Translations under genes and position numbers: made by a program
Part shown: positions 38,538 to 46,868 of the stretch, piece after piece
How the letters are laid out: each line of letters begins with the position of its first letter
How positions within the stretch are numbered: position 1 is the stretch's first letter
The notes under the pieces: generated by a model
The model's database searches: none
The model's input: only the letters and a program-made list of their open reading frames with translations
What the model was told of the DNA's origin: nothing
Source of the DNA: a virus
Taxonomy: Duplodnaviria > Caudoviricetes
IMG/VR virus record: IMGVR_UViG_3300036853_000468
Coordinates: 1-57,729 of that record
Length of the DNA stretch: 57,729 nt
Reading direction: 5' to 3' (one strand)

Positions 38538-38553
38538 CTGGTCAATATGGCAA

Positions 38554-38589
38554 CAAAAAAACCGAGCCTCATGAAACACGAAGCTCGGT
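38554..38589 (-). terminator. Intrinsic terminator after dnaN
   Basis: ACCGAGC...GCTCGGT hairpin followed by a T7 run on the minus strand. Confidence 0.7.
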
Positions 38590-38595
38590 CATTGC

Positions 38596-39753
38596 TTAGC
38601 GATTTTTGGACATTGGCATCAAAACGTACTGGTAGTCATCGCGTCCCAGTGGCACAATCAACGCTGGTCGCGCCTCACCTGACAAGAAAAAAGTGAAGCA
38701 CTGCGCCTGCACCGCCTTGAGCATCTCAGAGAGGTAGACAATGTTCAAGATGATATGCCCATCTTCTCCCTCAATGATAGTTGATAACTCATCGCGCACC
38801 GATCCCAAATCCTCACTTTCTGCCAGAAACGTCACCGATTCACCTGTATAGAACACCTTCAACATGTTCGAGCTGTCTTTGGCGAATGGCAGAAACGCTT
38901 TAAGAATCTGTTCCAGGTCCTTACGTCCAAGTGTGAAGACGGTTCTGTGCTCTTTGGGGATGGCCTGACTATACTTTGGAAATGTCCCCTCAATGAGTCT
39001 CGACACGACCGTTAACGGACCCGCCTGAAAGATGACCTGCGAAAGTTTCTGGTTCCACGTGATCTCGACATCCACACCTTTAGGCGTGACCTCTGCCAAT
39101 AGGCGCATGGCAGAGATTGGAACGAGGAGCATCACATTGCGATCATCGGCATGTGCAACGGTCCTGACTGCCATACGGAATCCATCCATAGAGACCAGAT
39201 TGACTGCATTCTTCCTGATATGTACCCCCATTGAGGTAAAGACCGGCCTGCTATCATCATTCGCTGCTGCAAACTCGACCTCTTTGATGGCAGTTCGTAG
39301 GGTATCACCGGCAATCGCGACTGGTTCGCTATCCAGCGTGCGTGGAAAAGCAGGAAACTCGCTCGCGTCGCGCCAGTAGTTCAGCGCAAAGATGCGTTTC
39401 CCACACGAGAGAACAAAGTGCTCTCCAACCTCGATAGTGACATCACCTCCTTTAGGAAGTGCCTTTACACAGTCGAGCAATGTCTTTGCGCCTATTGCAC
39501 AAACGCCTTCGTGTTCAATGTGTGCATCTACACAGAGCCTGATACCCGTCTCTAGATTGGTAGCACTGATAGACACATGTCCCTCGTGTGCTTCAATAAG
39601 GAAGTGTGCCAGAATCGGCAGTGTCGACCGTGTGGAAACGCTCCGATTAACTGTCATGAGTGCGTTCAAGAACGCATCTCGTTTAAGGGAAATTTTGAGA
39701 CTCGTCTGCGGTCGCTCGGTTGTCTCAATCTTTTCAAGGGTGATGGTTGTCAT
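38596..39753 (-). CDS. dnaN: DNA polymerase III beta sliding clamp
   Basis: STLPILA, SATNLE, FAAANDDSRPVFT, DGFRMA, SRLIEGTFP.Y, YQYVLMPM. Confidence 0.95.
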   Translation of the reverse strand: MTTITLEKIETTERPQTSLKISLKRDAFLNALMTVNRSVSTRSTLPILAHFLIEAHEGHVSISATNLETGIRLCVDAHIEHEGVCAIGAKTLLDCVKALPKGGDVTIEVGEHFVLSCGKRIFALNYWRDASEFPAFPRTLDSEPVAIAGDTLRTAIKEVEFAAANDDSRPVFTSMGVHIRKNAVNLVSMDGFRMAVRTVAHADDRNVMLLVPISAMRLLAEVTPKGVDVEITWNQKLSQVIFQAGPLTVVSRLIEGTFPKYSQAIPKEHRTVFTLGRKDLEQILKAFLPFAKDSSNMLKVFYTGESVTFLAESEDLGSVRDELSTIIEGEDGHIILNIVYLSEMLKAVQAQCFTFFLSGEARPALIVPLGRDDYQYVLMPMSKNR

Positions 39754-39797
39754 TGTTTTGTCCTTTCCAGGGCAGAGACTACTCTGCCCTGACTCTT

Positions 39798-40682
39798 CTA
39801 TGCGGCTATTCTTTCATCCTGATAAGGCTTTTCCATATGCCCAATAATGGTGGAGGCTGCCCGTTGTACGGATTCAATTTCAGCCATCAGCGACTTCTCA
39901 TCGTTGCCCCACCCAATGAGATAATCAGAACTGAAGGGGTTATGTACTCCAAAGTGGTGAGCGACAATATAGGCCGTCGCTTCCGCCTGGCACTCTTTGA
40001 CGGTTTTCGTCATGTTTTCCCGTATGCCTTTAGGATGAAGCAACTCATGGGCGTATTCATGAGTAAGTGTCAGAAATCGGCTTGTAGAGTCAAGCCCTGG
40101 TTTCAGCCCAATTCGACCTGCTGCACTATACCCCTGTGCTCCTGCGGTATCTTGCACCTCAGAGACTATAATACCGTCCGCTCGTATCACCTCTACAAGA
40201 CGAGTGCATAGTTCCTCGCAATCCCCTTGCAATGGTGTGAAGAACGTGGGGAACGGGGGCATCCCCTCTTTCATTGGTTCCACCTGAGAATCCGCGAACA
40301 CATAGGCGACTTTGAAAAAGAGATGCTTTACGTCCCTGTCGGTCTCCTCATCGTGTTTACTATAGGGTCTTGGTTGATAGATGGGGATGCCCTTCTCACC
40401 CCTCTTTACGGAATAATTCATATTCCTCCAGGTTGTAAAGCCTGCAACATATTGGGGGTCAATATTTCGATGCATGCATTCAAGCATGATGAGGATCTGA
40501 TTGTTTGGACTATAGTGATGAAATTTCGAGCTAAACGCAAGCAGAGACAGCAAGCGCTCGCTTTTCCCACTTCGAATCTCATCGAGAAGGGATTGCGTAC
40601 CCGTTTTCATCGTCTGCTGTAATTCACTGCGTTTTGCCTCTGCCTTTTCTTGAGCCACTTCTTTGCTGTAGTTGGTATGCAT
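39798..40682 (-). CDS. ArdC-like ssDNA-binding domain plus zincin metallopeptidase
   Basis: FHHYSPNNQILI, VAGFTTW...VKRGEKG, VFA.SQ; HEYAHE...ECQAEATAY. Confidence 0.85.
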   Translation of the reverse strand: MHTNYSKEVAQEKAEAKRSELQQTMKTGTQSLLDEIRSGKSERLLSLLAFSSKFHHYSPNNQILIMLECMHRNIDPQYVAGFTTWRNMNYSVKRGEKGIPIYQPRPYSKHDEETDRDVKHLFFKVAYVFADSQVEPMKEGMPPFPTFFTPLQGDCEELCTRLVEVIRADGIIVSEVQDTAGAQGYSAAGRIGLKPGLDSTSRFLTLTHEYAHELLHPKGIRENMTKTVKECQAEATAYIVAHHFGVHNPFSSDYLIGWGNDEKSLMAEIESVQRAASTIIGHMEKPYQDERIAA

Positions 40683-40777
40683 GGTATACTCCTTTTGAAT
40701 CCTTGCGGGTTCGTTTGAGGGAACTGCGAGCAGCTCGTTTCTCAGGCTCGCTGCTCATGGTTCCCTTGATGGTTCAT

Positions 40778-41185
40778 TTAGAACTTCAGCCGTGTACCGG
40801 CTGTTTTCCATCCGTCAGCGGTTTCTTTCTGCCATTCACCCTGGTACCACCGGATCGGGAGCTTGCGCCCTCGCTGTACAGGTTGGTCCAGGTCAATCGT
40901 CTCAATAAGGTCTGCCTTCGTTGCACCGCCCTCTTTCAGTCGATAGGTCATCCCGCACTCATCGCTGAAGTACCCATTTCCCAACGTCTTCATCCGTTGC
41001 CCCAGGTGTTCTGTTGGCAATAACGGAGGCGTATGCGGGCATCGGAATGCATAGGTATAGTCGCTCATACGTACACCAGTTGCCCACCAGAGCGTAATTT
41101 GCTTTGGCTCAGCGTAGCTCGTGAAAATGTTCTTGATATAGAGCCATCCGTCACGTTCAGCGAGAAGGGTAACGTCTGGTGCCAT
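40778..41185 (-). CDS. Hypothetical protein (start MAPDV)
   Basis: AAAAGGAGG RBS. Confidence 0.65.
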   Translation of the reverse strand: MAPDVTLLAERDGWLYIKNIFTSYAEPKQITLWWATGVRMSDYTYAFRCPHTPPLLPTEHLGQRMKTLGNGYFSDECGMTYRLKEGGATKADLIETIDLDQPVQRGRKLPIRWYQGEWQKETADGWKTAGTRLKF

Positions 41186-41329
41186 GATGTCCTCCTTTTG
41201 GATACCGGCAATGGATGGAAATTTCACAAAAACATGAATACATCTCTCAGATGAGAGGCCCCATCCAAATGAAAATGGTGGATTTGATCAACGCCAGTGT
41301 AGTGCGCCATTTTCTAATGCTGAGAAGTT

Positions 41330-41584
41330 TGGTAGAGAACGAAGTCTGTGCAAAAGACTCGTACACCCATCGTTCTGATTGCTCAGAACTTTTTGATGTG
41401 ATAGCTGGTCCAGGCGCACCTCATGCGGTTTGTAAAACCCATGCCAGAATCTCTACTGGAACGCCTGAAGTTTTGTCTTAAACGTTCTCAGCTCTGCAAT
41501 TATTTGGTTGTCGTGGCCGCTCCGTCCACCCACTCCGGGGCATCACGGCCTTTTTCACGGTTCTTCATCGGGTCCTTAACCCCC
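41330..41584 (-). ncRNA. tmRNA-like structured RNA lacking a T-arm
   Basis: GGGGG 5' end; D-loop-like GGACCCGA; long helix 41538-41569 with 41338-41368; PK1-like element; resume context AATAATT-GCA; 14-codon tag with its stop in a hairpin loop; ends CTCT-A-CCA; strong promoter upstream. Confidence 0.5.
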
Positions 41585-41609
41585 TCCATTCCTATCTCCA
41601 TCTATATAT

Positions 41610-41638
41610 ATTTTACCATTTTTGGCGTACTTTGTCAA
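41610..41638 (-). promoter_or_regulatory. Consensus sigma70 promoter
   Basis: TTGACA-17 bp-TAAAAT. Confidence 0.8.
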
Positions 41639-41731
41639 GCGTTTTAAGGCAGTTTGAGACCAGTTTTATGCTTTCTGAAAAACTGAATTTGGCGTACTAT
41701 CCCTCTTGATTTTATACGAAATTTGGCGTAC
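41621..41731 (+). repeat. Three TTTGGCGTAC operator-like direct repeats in a divergent promoter region
   Basis: Copies at 41621, 41688 and 41722; two lie within promoter spacers. Confidence 0.7.
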
Positions 41732-41754
41732 GCTTAGAAGGAAGGGAGGAAGTT

Positions 41755-42075
41755 ATGTCAAGACACCAGGGACAAACCAAGCCAGCTTATATCCCAACAG
41801 CGGATATTCAGGCACTTGCCGATAAGCTTCAAACTGATCCAAGTGGACGATCACTCTCGCGGGCAGAAAGGAATAGGGAGCTGGTTAAAGAGGAGGCTGC
41901 GGTTTTGTTGACCGTCCTGGCTGGACGCACAATCTCACATCGGTACGTTAAGGAACTGGCACGAGAGGATAAAGGCAGCAGACTCAAACCATCGCGTACC
42001 GTAGGGACCACGTTCTTCTATCGTGTTGGAGACCTACTCCAAGTTAAGTTCAACAATATGACGGCAAAAAGCTGA
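41755..42075 (+). CDS. Putative HTH DNA-binding protein
   Basis: GGGAGG RBS; EAAVLL....IS.RYVKELA...RL.P...FYRVGDL (MerR/HTH_17-like). Confidence 0.65.
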   Translation: MSRHQGQTKPAYIPTADIQALADKLQTDPSGRSLSRAERNRELVKEEAAVLLTVLAGRTISHRYVKELAREDKGSRLKPSRTVGTTFFYRVGDLLQVKFNNMTAKS

Positions 42076-42087
42076 ATCGGGCAACAC

Positions 42088-42118
42088 AAAACCGAGCTTC
42101 TCGATTTGAGAAGCTCGG
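42088..42118. terminator. Intrinsic terminator (likely bidirectional)
   Basis: CCGAGCTTCTC-GATTT-GAGAAGCTCGG. Confidence 0.8.
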
Positions 42119-42258
42119 CCATTTTTAATGCACGGGGTACGTCCCCAAAAGGTTGTCTTGCTGTTCTCAGCAGCGGCCTTCGTATGGTTTTATGCTGAGA
42201 AGTTTCTCCTCCCATTTTGCAACCCTGTCGCTCAGGAGGCTTAGCCGCTACTCATCGG
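42088..42258 (-). ncRNA. Candidate small RNA of about 170 nt
   Basis: TGCTATAAT at 42264-42272; internal TTCTCAGCA/TGCTGAGAA hairpin; 11-bp terminator stem 42092-42118 plus T-run. Confidence 0.4.
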
Positions 42259-42490
42259 CTATCATTATAGCACCAACGCTCAAGCCCGTATCGGGAAACA
42301 ACGATCAGCAGCCGACGTGAAAGGTTCAATCCCTGTCGGGTTTCAGGCGGCCCCTTGCCTGACCGCCTGTACGAGAGTGCCTAAGGAAGATCAGACCAGA
42401 GTATATCTCAATTTCGTGCGAGCAGTCAAATTATGATACACTGACAGTGATCTCTCTAAAAAGAACCATGCGGACAAGGAGGATGATCGC

Positions 42491-42652
42491 TCAATTCCTC
42501 CTTCCACTTTCCCTCTGCTCTCGCATTAGCAGTACTTCCTGCTTTACTCTACGATACCAAGCTTTGGTAACTGCGTAGTCACGTCTGCGAAGTTCAGGAT
42601 CAGCACGACGCTTTTTCTGGTACTGTCGGTAGTATTCTCGTCTATCTGGCAT
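42491..42652 (-). CDS. Small Arg-rich hypothetical protein (53 aa)
   Basis: AGGAG RBS; MPDRREYYRQYQKKRR...; below the ORF-track cutoff. Confidence 0.55.
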   Translation of the reverse strand: MPDRREYYRQYQKKRRADPELRRRDYAVTKAWYRRVKQEVLLMREQRESGRRN

Positions 42653-42661
42653 GTCACTCCT

Positions 42662-42889
42662 CTATGCCGTCTTCTCAAGACGCTGCACAATGCGTGTCAA
42701 TTCCTGCTCAATGCGCTCTGCATCCTCTCTGGACCATTCATGCTCGATCATATTCTCTACGATTGTCCCCGCATCAAGTGCAGATTGGATGAGACCAGCA
42801 GCCGTGATAGCTGCCTGCCGCTTAATTTCACGCTGTGATTTCTTCATCAAATTCGCCTTTTTACGCTGTCTTCTGTACGCTCTGCGCAT
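42662..42889 (-). CDS. Hypothetical protein
   Basis: ORF following the replication gene; start may be internal. Confidence 0.55.
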   Translation of the reverse strand: MRRAYRRQRKKANLMKKSQREIKRQAAITAAGLIQSALDAGTIVENMIEHEWSREDAERIEQELTRIVQRLEKTA

Positions 42890-44009
42890 ACGCTAAAGCC
42901 TGCGTGAGCTTTTCATCTGGCAGGTGATACCAGTCTTCGGGTCGATTGATGTCGATTTGTGTTGTATCACTATCGGCAATCCCAATGAAATACCGACCTG
43001 TTTCCTCATCCTGTGCGCAGAGGAGCCAGAGATCGACTGATCGCATATCCCGTCCAACCTCGTCAAATTCCTCCCATGTCATACCAGGAATAACTGGTGC
43101 ATCCCTGACGGGTGGATTCTTTTGAACCTCATTGACCACATTTCCAAGGTGCAAACCATTTTCAACATACCATCCCTTCTTATCCTTCGCTCGCATCTTT
43201 GACACATACTGAGCCAGCTCACCAGGCAGTAATCCATACTGCACTACCAGCGTTGTTGCGTGATCAATCAGCGTTTTAGTAATTCTGATCGATCCATCCC
43301 CCTCCGTTTCAGAAGCCCATGCTTTATAGCAAACCTTCCATTCGTTTATCAAAGCCTGCACTTGTGGTGTGGCTGAAGACAAAAGACGTGATTTCCTCCT
43401 GTGATCAGATGATGATTTATCCGTAGTCTGTGTGGATACGTGGACATTATTGTCTTTCTTAGGTGTCTTTAAAGGGTTTCTTTCAGAGGTTTCTTTCTCT
43501 GATCGAGGTCTAACATCTGGTACGCCGAGGTCTAACGTTTGGGAGTCCGAGGTCAAAGATTTAGGAGTCCGAGGTCTAAACTTTTGACCTCTATCTTTTA
43601 TACCTCCACCATTTTGGGGGTCTAAATCTTTGACCTCTAAAGTTTGTACCTCTCCCTGCATTTTCAGGGCATACGATTTCTTGATACGTGCCTTATCGCT
43701 ATCATCAATCTCACAGATTAAAAGGCCATCTTTGACTGCTTTTGCAACGCCGTTGCGTACGGATTGTTCGGAGAGGCGTGTGCCTCTGTCCATCCTGCTC
43801 CCGTCTGCCCTCTTTCTTCCATGCATAAATTCATCTACACTGATCGATTTCGCAATTCCGTACTCCTGAAACCCCCATGTGTGCCGCAGGACATATTCCA
43901 CCACCTTCAATTCTGCCAGATTGTTGATGTCAGCAGTAATGTTAACCCACTCATTGGGCATGCGGAAAAAGTTACCTGCGGGTGACTCAAAACCGCTAAA
44001 TGTACCCAT
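42861..44009 (-). CDS. Phage replication initiator (lambda O-like N-terminal wHTH)
   Basis: FFRMPNE, LAELKV..YVLRHTWGF...IS..EF...T.LS..SV; internal iterons; AAGGAGG RBS before MGTFS. Confidence 0.8.
   Translation of the reverse strand: MGTFSGFESPAGNFFRMPNEWVNITADINNLAELKVVEYVLRHTWGFQEYGIAKSISVDEFMHGRKRADGSRMDRGTRLSEQSVRNGVAKAVKDGLLICEIDDSDKARIKKSYALKMQGEVQTLEVKDLDPQNGGGIKDRGQKFRPRTPKSLTSDSQTLDLGVPDVRPRSEKETSERNPLKTPKKDNNVHVSTQTTDKSSSDHRRKSRLLSSATPQVQALINEWKVCYKAWASETEGDGSIRITKTLIDHATTLVVQYGLLPGELAQYVSKMRAKDKKGWYVENGLHLGNVVNEVQKNPPVRDAPVIPGMTWEEFDEVGRDMRSVDLWLLCAQDEETGRYFIGIADSDTTQIDINRPEDWYHLPDEKLTQALAYAQSVQKTA
43504..43645. repeat. Iterons within the initiator gene (putative ori)
   Basis: CGAGGTC[TA]AA at 43504, 43526, 43548 and 43570 (22-bp period), plus degenerate and inverted copies (TGACCTCTA). 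Confidence 0.8.
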
Positions 44010-44190
44010 ACTGTGACCTCCTTGCATAGAAAATATGCTCTCAATACGACAACCGTATGTACTGTTGTACGCTAACTATCTGAAAGATTTCAGTCTCCCT
44101 ATCTTCCTTTTGTGCCTCTTGTGCTCATGCGTTAGAATCGAGATGCGGGTACATGAACCGCCTGCTTTATATTGGAAGGACAAATTCATT

Positions 44191-44454
44191 ATGGAACTCA
44201 TTAACACTCGATGCACACAAGGAAAACTGATTATTACCGAACATATCATTAAGATCCAATTAGGAAGCCTGAAAGAGCAAACGTTAAACCGCTCGTCCCT
44301 TACTGGCATTGATAGTAAAATGGCGGTACCATCCGTCTTCGGGTTAGGTGGTGGAACGAACCTCGTCTTTCACGGGCAAGGAGATGTTCAACTCCATGCC
44401 AACTTCGTGAAGACCAAGGTAGCGAAAGAGATCAAGTCCCTTCTTGGCATGTGA
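44191..44454 (+). CDS. Small bacterial PH-domain-like protein
   Basis: GKLIITE..I......L....TGID....GG.NL.F..; AAGGA RBS. Confidence 0.55.
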   Translation: MELINTRCTQGKLIITEHIIKIQLGSLKEQTLNRSSLTGIDSKMAVPSVFGLGGGTNLVFHGQGDVQLHANFVKTKVAKEIKSLLGM

Positions 44455-44614
44455 TAGGGTAGTAATCTCGTTGCTAATTCATCGAAAAATTATGCTAAAA
44501 TAGGCAACAAGAAAACTGCTACCCATCAAGTAGCCTTTTTCCTGATAGCCGTGTGGCTTACCCTGTCCTGCTAGTGTTTGTCCGACCCCAGTGTGAGCAG
44601 CGTAAGCCAGTGGG

Positions 44615-44875
44615 CTATGCAACCTCGTCCATTTCTGCACCGAGCGGTGCATCTTGATCTTTTTCTTCCACTATAGGGAATTCGTCAACGATCAAATCAC
44701 TAGATTTGACCCCTAGGGCTTTTGCGATCATCTCAATCTGTCTTAAGGCGACGCTTTCGGTATTATTGTTCCAATATCGATTAAGCAATTGTGCAGTCAC
44801 CCCTGCCTTTATCTGTAGCTGAGACTGATTAAGCCCTCTCTTTTTTGCTATCTCCTTGATAATTAGTCGGGCCAT
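44615..44875 (-). CDS. Cro/CI-type (XRE) repressor
   Basis: LIIKEIAKKRGLNQSQL..KAGVT...LNRYWNN...IAKALGV..SDL; divergent promoters. Confidence 0.85.
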   Translation of the reverse strand: MARLIIKEIAKKRGLNQSQLQIKAGVTAQLLNRYWNNNTESVALRQIEMIAKALGVKSSDLIVDEFPIVEEKDQDAPLGAEMDEVA

Positions 44876-44893
44876 GACACTCTTCCCTCTAAA

Positions 44894-45007
44894 TTATTTG
44901 AACCTAAATGTTCATGTGCCTAGCATAATGTATTTTCGCGTAAATGTCAATATTCATGGTTATTTGAACGTAAAAACATTGACGTTTAACGTAAGATATC
45001 GTATACT
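44894..45007. promoter_or_regulatory. Divergent promoters and operators (lysis/lysogeny switch)
   Basis: Minus TTGACA-17-TATGCT (44922-44950); plus TTGACG-17-TATACT (44979-45007); TTATTTGAAC[CG]TAAA at 44894 and 44960. Confidence 0.75.
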
Positions 45008-45056
45008 TAGAGAGTGAGAGGAAGTCTCTCACACGAGCCACAAGGGGACAACGGCA

Positions 45057-45566
45057 ATGGCAACCACAATCAGCAAAATCGAGAGACAAGCAGAGCAGGC
45101 AGCCGCACGAGCGGAATATATCCAGACAGCCGTGGTTGCGCTTCATGGTGATCATGCAGAGGTTGCGAGTCAGTTCGATCCTGAAGAGAGCTACCGCGTT
45201 CAAATCGAGGGTGGCTTACCAGTGGGTTGCAATTGCAAAGATTTCTACTGGAGATCCAAACGTAATCCAGGCCATGTCTGCAAACATATGGAAGCAACCG
45301 ACCTGTGTTTGAGTGCAACGTTACCCCTGATGAATACTCCTGCAATGAAGAGCCTGATCAAGGCTCTCGACAAGACATTCAGACCTGCGAAGGTACGACG
45401 TTCAGCCCCGAATGCTCAACTCATCACATCGTTGCAGGTTGCTGAAGGTGTGCGAGTACGTAAGATACGCCGCGATGCGAAGAAAAACGCTGGTGTGCTT
45501 GTTGTGAAGAAAGTCGTTGCTCCTATCGTAGAGTTGTCCCCTGTATGTCTACCCATTGCTGCATAA
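45057..45566 (+). CDS. SWIM zinc-finger protein
   Basis: Y.V......CNCKDF......CKH. Confidence 0.8.
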   Translation: MATTISKIERQAEQAAARAEYIQTAVVALHGDHAEVASQFDPEESYRVQIEGGLPVGCNCKDFYWRSKRNPGHVCKHMEATDLCLSATLPLMNTPAMKSLIKALDKTFRPAKVRRSAPNAQLITSLQVAEGVRVRKIRRDAKKNAGVLVVKKVVAPIVELSPVCLPIAA

Positions 45567-45655
45567 AAAAGCTCCCGTCAGCAAAACGAGAGCCTGACTA
45601 CAGAGATGCTTCTCAAATTGAACCGTGAAGAGCATCCTGAAGGAAGTATATCAAA

Positions 45656-46465
45656 ATGATCCAGAATCTCAATGGTTTATCGCACGAACAAATCATGCGT
45701 GCCTGCCCTTCAGTCTTCGCAGAAAGCAAGCACGAATCACGCTCTGAGCGTTACCTGTATATTCCTACCAGCACCATTTTAACTGCCCTTGCATCAGCTG
45801 GTTTTGCCCCTACCACAGTGATGCAATCCAAGTCCCGTGATATCATGCGCCAGGATTTCACCAAGCATCTTATTCGTCTGAGAAAGATCGACGATTTAGG
45901 CTACACTAAACCGGATGTGCATGAGGTTGTGTTGGTCAATTCTCATGACGGTACCAGTGCATACAACCTGTACTCAGGTATCTTTCGACTGGTCTGTACA
46001 AACGGGTGCATTATTGGTGACATCGATTCGACCATGAAGGTCTACCACAAAGGTAACAACGTGGCAGGTCAAGTAGTTGAGAGCACGCTTCAGATTGTTG
46101 AGGAGTCAGAGCAGGTCATGGAAGACCTCACTGAGATGAAGCAGATTGAGCTTAGCCGTCCTGAGCAACTACTACTTGCTGAAATGAGCCTGAAAGCACG
46201 CTTTGATGTCGAGGAGGGAGAGAAAGAAGTTCCCTACCAACCATCTGATTTCCTGCGTACCCATCGGGCGGAGGACAAAAGCCCTGACCTCTACACCACG
46301 TTTAATGTCATCCAAGAAAACGCTATCAAAGGCGGCGTATCCCGCCGCGATGGTAAGGGACAACGACACACAACCCGTGAGATCAAGGGCATTGACCAGA
46401 ATGTGCGGGTCAATAGATTGCTATGGGAGTTAACTCAACGAATGAGGGAACTGAAACAGCAATGA
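45656..46465 (+). CDS. DUF932/DUF945 family phage/plasmid protein
   Basis: PSVFA..HESRSERY.YIPT; LVNSHDGTS; FRLVCTNG; DL...FNVIQEN.IKGG. Confidence 0.88.
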   Translation: MIQNLNGLSHEQIMRACPSVFAESKHESRSERYLYIPTSTILTALASAGFAPTTVMQSKSRDIMRQDFTKHLIRLRKIDDLGYTKPDVHEVVLVNSHDGTSAYNLYSGIFRLVCTNGCIIGDIDSTMKVYHKGNNVAGQVVESTLQIVEESEQVMEDLTEMKQIELSRPEQLLLAEMSLKARFDVEEGEKEVPYQPSDFLRTHRAEDKSPDLYTTFNVIQENAIKGGVSRRDGKGQRHTTREIKGIDQNVRVNRLLWELTQRMRELKQQ

Positions 46466-46582
46466 ACTTGTTGCTCGTGATCGTTCCGCTGATTGTTAAA
46501 AAATCCGACCCAAGCAGGATAGCATAATGTTTGGATATCAGGGGGAGCGGGCAACTGCTCTCTCTGGAAAGGAATTATCGAG

Positions 46583-46783
46583 ATGTCATACTTTCACATT
46601 CTCTACTTCGCAAAAGCAACAAGTATTCTTGAACGCCCCAATGACACACGCAAGTACGTTGTCTGGGTCGGTTTTTCCACGGTTCGCATGACGTGGGCAC
46701 AGATGACAAATCGACAACGACTCTATCAGATCGAAGCTGAGCGGCGTGCGGAACATATCGAACTGAACAGGATCTACGCATAA
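46583..46783 (+). CDS. Hypothetical protein
   Basis: AAAGGA RBS. Confidence 0.55.
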   Translation: MSYFHILYFAKATSILERPNDTRKYVVWVGFSTVRMTWAQMTNRQRLYQIEAERRAEHIELNRIYA

Positions 46784-46868
46784 CGTCACGATACGAAGGG
46801 GAGAGGTCAAACTCTCCCCTTGGGAAATTGACACAGCAGCAGGGACGCTGTACGAAAGAGAGATCAAG

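Noticed and set aside
41215-41647. Plus-strand ORFs 41215-41481 and 41423-41647
   Set aside because: No convincing RBS or promoter; antisense to the strongly promoted structured RNA
41221-42260. Hammerhead ribozyme reading of the CCGATGA/GAAA motifs
   Set aside because: No canonical CUGANGA core with compatible stems I-III could be built by eye
42282-42345. Functional tRNA gene
   Set aside because: Too short, non-canonical anticodon arm, no CCA; kept only as a tRNA-like finding
44899-44914. TGAAC-N6-GTTCA as a LexA SOS box
   Set aside because: Spacer is 6 rather than the GAAC-N4-GTTC pattern; more likely part of the phage repressor operator
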